IMG/VR virus record: IMGVR_UViG_3300042323_000705
Location: 1 to 64,000 of that record
Length of the DNA stretch: 64,000 nt
DNA from: a virus
Reading direction: 5' to 3' (one strand)
Within the stretch, counting starts at the first letter, position 1, and the number at the start of each line of letters is the position of its first letter. The notes below the pieces were generated by a model that was given only the letters and a program-made list of their open reading frames with translations, was not told the DNA's origin and searched no databases. The translations under genes and the position numbers were made by a program. Positions 1 to 8,300 of the stretch are shown here, piece after piece.

Positions 1-139
1 CCTTGTACCCCGGTTGCCTTTGTCCTTCCTGTAAAGAAGGAAAGATAAAAGAAATAACTGTATGGAATCATCGAGAAGGCTTTTTTGTTTGTTCTTCTTG
101 TGATTTTACATACCAGCCTCCTCAATATAGGTATAAAAA

Positions 140-313
140 ATGAAAACAAAAGAATTTAAAGAGTGGTTTGCTGATTTTGCTGCTGGTGTCGCTATCGAAG
201 GCCCCAACTCAGGTCAATGGCGTAAACTACAAACAATTGTCAATTCTCTAGAAGTAGAAGCTCCTAAACCAGTGGTTGAAAAAGCTCCTGTTGAGAAAAA
301 GATTAAAGAATAA
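140..313 (+). CDS. small hypothetical protein (57 aa, MKTKEFKEWF...)
   Basis: Read by eye, below ORF-track cutoff; ATG140 to TAA313, codon style like the head genes. Confidence 0.6.
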   Translation: MKTKEFKEWFADFAAGVAIEGPNSGQWRKLQTIVNSLEVEAPKPVVEKAPVEKKIKE

Positions 314-473
314 AAACAAGACTCTTCACGCTTACAGGGCTTAGCCCGCGAGATCGCCTGTGCGGTCGGCGCACCCCGAAGAGTCACTAATAACTATAAT
401 ACCATAGACTAACGAACTATTGTTGTACCTTTAGTTCTCTATTCAATGCTGTGCAAAAGGAAATACTATAACT

Positions 474-1154
474 ATGGCTGATCAAAACGACGATAATACT
501 GTCAATGATAATGAAGACGATAATGACACCAATCAACAAGACCTTTCCCAGCGGAAAGCCTCTCTTGCTGATGAGCATCAAGCTCTACTAAAACAATTGG
601 TGGCTGACGAGCTTAAACAAATGAAGGGCAATGTTGACAAAGCCTATAAAAAAGCTGAAGAGCTAGCACGTGAAAATGCTCGTCTCAAAGCAGAAGCTCA
701 AGATAAGCAACGTAAACAACTCGAAGACGAAGGCAAGCATTACGAAGTTGCAAAACTCAAACTTGCTGAACTAGAAGAAGAAAAGAAAATTCTGCAGGAT
801 AAACTTACTTCTGTTACTCGAGATCGTGAGCTAGAGAAGCACTTAGGCTCTCTCGAGTTCCGTAACGACTTCGCACGTGAAACTGCTTTCAAAACTATTC
901 TCCCTGAACTTGTCCAAGACGAGGACGGCTCATGGGTTCACAAGTCTGGCGCTAGTATTAATGACTATCTCAAGGCTTTTTCTAAAGATCCTAATAAGGA
1001 TTTTCTCTTTAAACCTAAAGAAAACTCAGGTGCTGGCTCAAACTCGAACAAGAACTCTGCTTCAATGTCACGTCCAAAGACTCTCTCTGGCATGACTACT
1101 GAAGAGCTACTTGCTCTTGCTGAATCAGGTAAACTCGGAACAGTGACTTTCTAA
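474..1154 (+). CDS. capsid scaffolding protein
   Basis: Acidic N-terminus, long coiled coil, low-complexity C-terminus, directly before the major capsid gene. Confidence 0.8.
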   Translation: MADQNDDNTVNDNEDDNDTNQQDLSQRKASLADEHQALLKQLVADELKQMKGNVDKAYKKAEELARENARLKAEAQDKQRKQLEDEGKHYEVAKLKLAELEEEKKILQDKLTSVTRDRELEKHLGSLEFRNDFARETAFKTILPELVQDEDGSWVHKSGASINDYLKAFSKDPNKDFLFKPKENSGAGSNSNKNSASMSRPKTLSGMTTEELLALAESGKLGTVTF

Positions 1155-1185
1155 GTCACCAATAATCTAAAAAAGGTACAACAAA

Positions 1186-2277
1186 ATGGCTATTAATCAT
1201 CTTAACTTTCAGAACGTAGCAGTTGCTATCTCTGCTTATGCAGAAGAGCGCTGGACCGAAGAAAAGCGTATTAACTCAACTGGTATGGTCGCAGCTTCAA
1301 CCGAACTAGACCCATCAGGTGAAGGCTTCGCTGGTCAGCTACGCTGGTACAAACCGCTATCAGCTACCATCAACAATGCTTCACTAACCACTGCTACTGA
1401 TGGTACTTATTCTTCAATTTCAACCGACATTGCTAACTATGTTAAGAATGCTCGCACCATCGGTGCTGAACAGGTTAACCTACAGCGCATCATCTCACAG
1501 CAGGACGGCCTAGCTTTCTTCGCTCGTAACTTCGCTCAGTCACGTGCTCAGGACGAGCATAACGCTGTTCTAAACATCATGAAGGGCGTTGCTGCTTCTG
1601 AAGTTGCTCTTGGTGCTGGTATTGTCGGCTTCGACACTGTTCCTTCAGGCTCAGTTGGTGCTTTCGTTGACGTTAACGCTGCTGGTGCTTTCGGCGCTGC
1701 TGCTACTGGCGCTGGCGATGCTCGCAAGCTAGTTGACTCCTCAGAAATCGGTGCTGCTCGTGGTGAGCGTCTATTCCGTGCTATGGGTATGTTCTACAAG
1801 GACTACGAACCAGACTTCGTCTATATGGTAACTTCACCTGAAGTTCTTGCTGACCTTCGTGCAGCTAACCTAATCGACCAAGACCGTGTTCGTGACGGTA
1901 ACCTAGACTTCCAAACCATCTTCGGTGGTAAGTTCCGTCTAGTCCTAACTCGTGCTGCTCAAGGCAACCTTGCTGCTTCAGCTAACGTTAACGACCAGTC
2001 AACCAAGACAACCTTCCTTGTCAAGCCTGGTTCAGTTGCTTTCCGCGAAATCCCAATGCCAGTCGCTACCGAAGTTGATCGTAATCCTGCTAGCTATGCT
2101 GGTGGTGGTTCAACCAACATCTGGTATCGCTATGGCTTCGTTGCTCATCCAATGGGCTACGACTGGGTTGGTGCAACCAACAACTTCGCTACCAATGCAA
2201 CCCTAGGGGCCGCTGGTTCATGGACCCGTACTATGGATCCACTAAACCTAGGTATTCTCCCCATCCTACACGCTTAA
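1186..2277 (+). CDS. major capsid protein
   Basis: 363 aa, strongly biased high-expression codons, follows scaffold; C-terminal HPMGYDW...W motif like coat proteins. Confidence 0.85.
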   Translation: MAINHLNFQNVAVAISAYAEERWTEEKRINSTGMVAASTELDPSGEGFAGQLRWYKPLSATINNASLTTATDGTYSSISTDIANYVKNARTIGAEQVNLQRIISQQDGLAFFARNFAQSRAQDEHNAVLNIMKGVAASEVALGAGIVGFDTVPSGSVGAFVDVNAAGAFGAAATGAGDARKLVDSSEIGAARGERLFRAMGMFYKDYEPDFVYMVTSPEVLADLRAANLIDQDRVRDGNLDFQTIFGGKFRLVLTRAAQGNLAASANVNDQSTKTTFLVKPGSVAFREIPMPVATEVDRNPASYAGGGSTNIWYRYGFVAHPMGYDWVGATNNFATNATLGAAGSWTRTMDPLNLGILPILHA

Positions 2278-2290
2278 GTTAGGAAGCATC

Positions 2291-2791
2291 ATGGCGCTAA
2301 TTTTATTTGAAAACTCTTACTTAGAGTCTGCTGACGATTATCTTGCAGACAACCCTTTTTGGGAAGCTGCAGATACAGATGCTCAAGAACAGGCGCTAGT
2401 TGATGCAACTCGAATTCTGGACCAAAATGAATGGATTGGGACGGCGGTAACGTCGTCTCAGTCTCTTGCTTGGCCTAGAGCTAAACTTAGTTTCTTTGAT
2501 CCTGTACTTTCTCTTCATGTTCCTGTTGAACAAGGAGAGATTCCTATTCGTCTAGAAAAAGCTGTAGCTTATCTAGCACTTCACTTAGTAAAACACCCAA
2601 CAGTAATTAAAGGTTATGAGACAACCTATGACTCTATTTCAATCGGACCTATTAGCTTGTCTAATACCGATGCTGGTCGTAGTTCTTCTCCTCAAGTTCC
2701 TTTAGTACCTGCTGAGATTAATAAGCTTATTGCTCCTTTAATCTTTAGCCAAGGTTACACTGCTGCAGGGGGCTGGTGGAGGTCAAACTAA
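2291..2791 (+). CDS. head-tail adaptor (DnaT-like family)
   Basis: NSY...AD.Y...AL..AT..LD...W.G...Q.LAWPR motif; position after capsid. Confidence 0.75.
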   Translation: MALILFENSYLESADDYLADNPFWEAADTDAQEQALVDATRILDQNEWIGTAVTSSQSLAWPRAKLSFFDPVLSLHVPVEQGEIPIRLEKAVAYLALHLVKHPTVIKGYETTYDSISIGPISLSNTDAGRSSSPQVPLVPAEINKLIAPLIFSQGYTAAGGWWRSN

Positions 2792-3126
2792 TGAGCCTAC
2801 TACAAACAGTAGAATCTGCAGTTGATCAAGCTTTTCAAGCTGCTGGTGACTTAGTACAGTTAGGTGTTCTTCTTGAAGAAACAGCTATAGGATTTAATTT
2901 CGGCACAGGTACTTTAATTTCTGATGAACAACCCTACTCAGTAGAATTTATCGAAGTTAGTTCTGTGTTAGACAAAGATTTAAATATCGTAAAGGAATTA
3001 GTTATTAGAACTAGAGATCTAGATGGTTCTCGTTATTCAACTATTAGTTTTGGAAACAAGACTTACCGTTTTGAAAAACTTGAGACTTATCCAGGAATTA
3101 CGCAATTAACAGTAAGGAGTGTTTGA
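2791..3126 (+). CDS. head closure/head-tail joining protein
   Basis: Synteny; ATG2791 overlaps upstream TAA. Confidence 0.55.
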   Translation: MSLLQTVESAVDQAFQAAGDLVQLGVLLEETAIGFNFGTGTLISDEQPYSVEFIEVSSVLDKDLNIVKELVIRTRDLDGSRYSTISFGNKTYRFEKLETYPGITQLTVRSV

Positions 3127-3518
3127 TGTTTGAAGATATCATAGACACTTTTTATTCGTTACCACAAAATAACTTACTAGCAAATTTGCCCGTTTATCCG
3201 GCTGATTACCGAGGAACAATCTCTGCCGTTCCTTTTTTGAAGCTTAATATTGTAACCGGAAAAGCAAATCAATTTGCCTATAGAGATAACAAATTAGTTA
3301 CTGGTCTCGTCATTGTAAGTATTTATTACCCTGCTGGTAGTGGTCAAAAAGAACCTACTACAATTGCTAACTCTTTAGATCTTGTGTTCCAAAATAAATT
3401 TTTAGCTTACGGTATTCAAACTAATGTAAGCTCTTTACAGTTCATTGGACCAGATCCCGATGACTCAACTCTTTCAAGAGCAGATTATTCTGTTCCTTTT
3501 TCTTACTATGGAGAATAA
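3126..3518 (+). CDS. tail terminator-like protein
   Basis: G.V.VSIYYP.G.G pattern; lies just before the tail tube gene; SD AAGGAG. Confidence 0.6.
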   Translation: MFEDIIDTFYSLPQNNLLANLPVYPADYRGTISAVPFLKLNIVTGKANQFAYRDNKLVTGLVIVSIYYPAGSGQKEPTTIANSLDLVFQNKFLAYGIQTNVSSLQFIGPDPDDSTLSRADYSVPFSYYGE

Positions 3519-3521
3519 CTA

Positions 3522-4100
3522 ATGGCTTTCCCAACTTCAATCTCAGCTGCACAGTTCTCAGCTCTTGCTGTTTCTCGTGATGCTGTCCCAACCTCTCTTA
3601 CTGAGAGCAATCTTAAAGCAAACTTTGCTACTGCTGCAGACTTCGCAGAAATTGAAAACATTCGCGACATGCCTAGCTTCGGTACTCCTGCTAACATCGT
3701 TAAAGTTCCTGTTTATGGTCAAGCTCAGACCCAGTCTATCGGTGCTCAGTCAGACGCTCCTGACCTAGAACTAACGATTAACTATGTACCTTCAGAGTGG
3801 GCAAAGGCTAACGCTTCTTTTGCTACTACTGGTACACTAGGCGATGCAGTCGCTGATGGTATTGCAAAGGTATTCCAATTCGCGCTACTTCCTGCTAAGC
3901 CCCCAGCACTAACTACTGCTGTAACTGCTGGCGTTGGTGGTACTCTTGCTGCTCCAGTTCCAAACGCACTCATTTACTTCGTAGGTAAAATCGAATCACT
4001 ACTCGTTAACCCTGCTCGTGATGACGCATCAACTGCTACTGTAGCTCTTTCTATTCAGTCAGACTTCTATGGTCCTTACACTGTAACTGCTACAAGCTAA
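3522..4100 (+). CDS. major tail tube protein
   Basis: High-expression codons, P.FG.PANIV.VPVYG...I..Q.DAP.LE.T.NYVP pattern, followed by a hairpin. Confidence 0.8.
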   Translation: MAFPTSISAAQFSALAVSRDAVPTSLTESNLKANFATAADFAEIENIRDMPSFGTPANIVKVPVYGQAQTQSIGAQSDAPDLELTINYVPSEWAKANASFATTGTLGDAVADGIAKVFQFALLPAKPPALTTAVTAGVGGTLAAPVPNALIYFVGKIESLLVNPARDDASTATVALSIQSDFYGPYTVTATS

Positions 4101-4108
4101 TTTAGGAA

Positions 4109-4131
4109 GGCCCCTTCGGGGGCCAACCTTT
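4109..4131 (+). terminator. GC hairpin after tail tube gene
   Basis: GGCCCC-TTCG-GGGCC type stem-loop; U-tract weak. Confidence 0.5.
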
Positions 4132-4145
4132 ACATAGGTATATAC

Positions 4146-4373
4146 ATGAATAAACCATTTTCAAATAGTTATGTCGTAAAAGAGACATTAAAACATATGC
4201 AATCAAGTGTAGCTATTTCTACGCAAAAAACAATCGCAAGACTACCTGAGTTTCAAGATCAACCAGAAAAACTTCAAGAAGTAATGACTACTCTTGCTAA
4301 TCTTGGTAAATTGAACGCTATGATTGAGTCAATTCGCGAAAATAATGAAAATATTCTAGGAGATAAAGAATGA
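4146..4373 (+). CDS. hypothetical protein in tail operon
   Basis: ORF track; ATGA overlap with next gene. Confidence 0.65.
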   Translation: MNKPFSNSYVVKETLKHMQSSVAISTQKTIARLPEFQDQPEKLQEVMTTLANLGKLNAMIESIRENNENILGDKE

Positions 4374-4717
4374 AACATCTATTAAATTCAAAACTTCCAG
4401 TTAAAACTTACGATTTTATGGGTCAAAAAAATTCTGTTGAGATTAGGAAACTTTCTGCACAAGAAGTTCTTGATTTCCAGACTTATGTTAAATCAGTAGT
4501 TCCACAAGATGATAAAGAAACGCAAACTGCTGACTCAGGTTTTGCTATTCAATTTTATTTAATTAAAAAAACTGTTAAAGGTGCAGAAGATATCTCTGAT
4601 GAAGAGCTAAAAACTTTTCCATTAGAAGACCTCTCACGCCTTACGGAAGAAATTTTAAAGTTTTCAGGGTTAGATACTTCTAAAGTAGAGGGAAACGACT
4701 CAGCGAAGAAGAAGTAG
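4370..4717 (+). CDS. tail assembly chaperone (lambda gpG-like)
   Basis: Between tube and tape measure genes; in-frame slippery heptamer G GGA AAC at 4690-4696. Confidence 0.8.
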   Translation: MKHLLNSKLPVKTYDFMGQKNSVEIRKLSAQEVLDFQTYVKSVVPQDDKETQTADSGFAIQFYLIKKTVKGAEDISDEELKTFPLEDLSRLTEEILKFSGLDTSKVEGNDSAKKK

Positions 4718-5028
4718 GCTACTATGAAATAGCTTATCATTTAAAGAAAAGTGTAAGTGAAATAAAGTCATTACCTTACGATGAGGTTTTAGGTTGGTTT
4801 GAATTTTTCGATAGATTTCCTCCAGAGTGGAGAGCAGATCGTAGAGCAGCTGTTATCACTATGTCTATGGCAGGAGATAAGGTAAAACCTGAAGACTTGT
4901 TTGATTCTTTACGAGTTATACGACATCAATACAACAAACAACAAGAGAAAGTTAATACAGTCAGCAATCGTTTTGTTGATAGGTTCAAACATCTATTTAC
5001 TGAGAAGGTAGACTTTTTAAATGATTAA
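4696..5028 (+). CDS. -1 frameshift extension of tail chaperone (gpGT-like)
   Basis: Open -1 frame RLSEEEVGYYEIAYHL...FLND* from the slippery site to TAA5028, filling the gap before ORF 5021. Confidence 0.8.
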   Translation, partial: RLSEEEVGYYEIAYHLKKSVSEIKSLPYDEVLGWFEFFDRFPPEWRADRRAAVITMSMAGDKVKPEDLFDSLRVIRHQYNKQQEKVNTVSNRFVDRFKHLFTEKVDFLND

Positions 5029-5335
5029 AGCAAGTATTACTTTCAAAAGAAAAGATTTAGAAAAACTAGTAAAGAAAGAAGTTTTAACAGAACTTTTAGA
5101 AGACAAAAATGATATTTTAACTTCAATGAAGCTAGCTACACCTGTTGATACCGGAGAAGCAAAATCTTCTTGGAAATTATTAGTTAAGAACGAAAAATTA
5201 TCTTTAGAAAATGATGAAAATTATATTTTCTATGTGAATAATGGAACATCTAAAATTCAACCTAGAAATTTTATAGAAAGAGTTTGTTTGTCTTTTGGTA
5301 AGATTGAGGGTAGTGCAGCTCGATTAACGCAATAA
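5021..5335 (+). CDS. HK97 gp10-like tail completion protein
   Basis: TPVDTG...SW...Y..YVN.GT motif. Confidence 0.75.
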   Translation: MIKASITFKRKDLEKLVKKEVLTELLEDKNDILTSMKLATPVDTGEAKSSWKLLVKNEKLSLENDENYIFYVNNGTSKIQPRNFIERVCLSFGKIEGSAARLTQ

Positions 5336-5340
5336 TATAT

Positions 5341-5384
5341 GCCCCATGATTTAACAATTGTGGGGCTTTTTTTTTTTTTTTTTT
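5341..5384 (+). terminator. intrinsic terminator with T18 tract before tape measure gene
   Basis: GCCCCAT...GTGGGGC stem followed by 18 T (5367-5384), then SD AGGAGG. Confidence 0.8.
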
Positions 5385-5395
5385 AGGAGGCCTAA

Positions 5396-8300
5396 ATGAC
5401 AGTTTATGTCGATTTCGAAGTAAGAGACGCTAAGGTTAGGTCTTCAGTAGAAAACATTAATAATTCTATTAATAGACTTACAAGTTCTACTATAAAGACG
5501 TCTAGTACAATGAATCGCCTAGGCGCTAGTGATCTTAGCAACATTAACAAACAACTAGCTAGTATTAATAAAAATATTAGTAATATGAATACTTCTACAG
5601 TAAACGCAGTTGCAAATATGAAAACTCTTGCAATTTCTGCAGGAGCAGCTCTTACTGGTATTTTTGCAGGTTCTGCTTTTACAAGAGCAGGCGATTCTTT
5701 AACTAGTATTAACAACCGTTTATCACTTATTGTAGGTAGAGGGCAAGAGCTAGGTAGACTTAGAACTGAACTAGAAAGAATTTCTTTAACTACTAAAACA
5801 TCTATTAATAGTGGAGCTGAGGTTTTTGGTAGAATCGGTTTAGTATTAAAAGAAAGATACCCAACTGAAGATTTACTTGCTGCAACAGAAGCTATCCAGC
5901 TAGCTGCAAAAATTGGTGGTGGAGCGCCTGAGTCTGTAGATGCTGCTCTAGTACAGCTAAGCCAAGCGTTTGCAGGTAACTTCCAAAATGCTGGTGCAGA
6001 ACTTACTTCTTTGCAAGAACAAGCTCCTAAAGTCGCCTTAGCTATCGCTGAAGGATTAAATATCCCTTACGGCGAACTTAAGAAACTTGCTGCTGATGGT
6101 AAACTAAACTCAGACATTGTTCTTAATGCGCTTATTGCTCAGCTAGGTTCTCTTAGAGAAGAAGCCAACTTAGTAGAAAGCACAGTATCTGGTTCTTTCA
6201 ATATCTTATCTGAATCTTTTTCTAAATTTTTTGGAGAAGTTAACGCAGGCTTAGGGACTAACAAGAGACTCACTAGTTGGATGGAATCTCTAGCTGACTC
6301 TATGTACTACTTGTCAGGATATATTAGAGAAGACGTAGAAGACATTGTAAGCTATATTACAAATTTTGTATCTGAAATTTATAGCTCTGTTACTAACTTT
6401 TATAATAACTTTGGCAAACCTATTGTAGACACTTTTATTAGTGTTGTAACTTCTGTATACAGCTATACTAAAGGTCTATGGTCTAGGATTGCTGACCCTG
6501 TAGTTGAAATGCTAGAGAACATTAAACAAGTTATCTGGGACTTTGGTGTTTGGTTAATTTGGAACTCAGTTTGGAAAGATATTTGGGAAGATGTAATTGC
6601 ATACACTGCTAACTTGTGGAGTATGACTAAGCAAGTATTTTTTAACTTTGTTAATAATATCAAAGGAGTTTTTGAAAGACTAAGAGAATCTATCTCTTCT
6701 ATCTTTACTAATATTAAAGAAACTATCTCTAAAATTGATTTTAACTCTCTAATTAATAAGTTTAAAGAGTTTGTTGGCACAATAACTGATATTGATTTTA
6801 ATCAAATTTTCTTCTTGTCTGTTGTTGGTTTAGCAACTCTTTTTAGCACAACTTTACGTGGTATTGTTGTTGATGGTATTAAGAAAGCTTTACTTATTGC
6901 TAGTACTCTCTTGTTAGACTTTGATTTTATAAGATCAATAGCTATCAACTTTGCTAATGGATTAACTTCTTATTTGTATGAAAACTTAGTTGGAGAATCA
7001 AAAAAGATTAGCAATACTGCCATGAGTAATATTATGGAAAGTATGTTCTTAGAAGCAGAGTCTACTAATGAAAAACTAATACCTAAGCTTTCCAGATCTT
7101 TTGGTAACTTATTGAATGCAATAGGGGTAGGTATTGGTGGAACTTTGATTCCCTCATTGTTTACCGATATGAACCAAGCAGAAGTAGAAAATGCTGTAAA
7201 ACGGTATGCAAGTCCTATTGGTACTGCAGTTGCGTTAGGTATTCTTACTATTATGAGTGAGACTTTTAGAGGTGCTGCTGCTAGCATTTTAAAGTTTATC
7301 TTTAACATTGGCGAAGAAGGTATGAGTAAGCGCATCAATGAAAGCATTGGTAATATTGGTACTTTCTACAAAAGAGCAATTACTTCTTCTTTAGGTCTTG
7401 CTGCAGGTTACTCTATTGGTGGAATTATCTCTCAGCAATTAGAGCTAGGTGAAGGTTCTTTACTTGACACTGCTACAAAAATTGGTTCTTCTTTGGGAGT
7501 AACTATTTTTCAAGATATGGTAATGGGTATAACTGAAGGTGCAGGTAGGGGTTCCATGGGAGACTATCTAAGACGTGCAGTTTTAGGTACTCTTGTAGGA
7601 TTTAGTATTGGTAGTATTTCTTCAGACTTAGTAGTTAAGCCATTAATCGAAAGTATTTCAGGAGCTTCACTAAGTGCAGACTCTGAACAATTCATAGATA
7701 TTGCCTCTGGTATTGTTACAGGTATTGCTTACTTCTTTGGAGAACCCTTAGCTAATGACACTTTTGAGTATTTAAAAACAAAAGGTGGCGAGCTAATAAG
7801 CAGCATGACTTCTGGTTTAAATAAAGGTATTACTGGAAAAACAAGTAAAGCTTCATTACTTAGAGACATAGGTATTTCTTTAGGCTTTGGTGCTTTAAGT
7901 TTTGGAATTGCTCAAAATATTATTGCTAGTTCAGGTATGGAATTAAGCCCTATTCAAGAAGCAGGTGTTTATGCTGGTACTCTAATAGCCGGTGAATTTT
8001 TAGCGATGCTTACCAGGTCTTTAATAAAAAAGATACCTACTGCTGCTATTAAAAATTTAGGTAAAAATTTTATTCAAGTAGTTAAAAAACTCTTAGGTAA
8101 ATCTTTTGGTCGTGGCCTTCTTGCTGGTGTTCTACTAGGTTATTTTACTACTTTTTCATCTTCTATTGAAGGAGAGCTAAGAGCATTAGGCGAACAAATC
8201 TTAGGTATTAAAATTGAAGCTGGTTCTTGGACAGAAGCAGGCATTTTCTTTGGTTCAATTATTGTCTTAGGTTTAATTGGAGGATTAGTTAGCGTAATTA

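Noticed and set aside
1-110. End of an upstream gene or genome terminus
   Set aside because: Too short to assign a frame; no terminal repeat recognisable within the window
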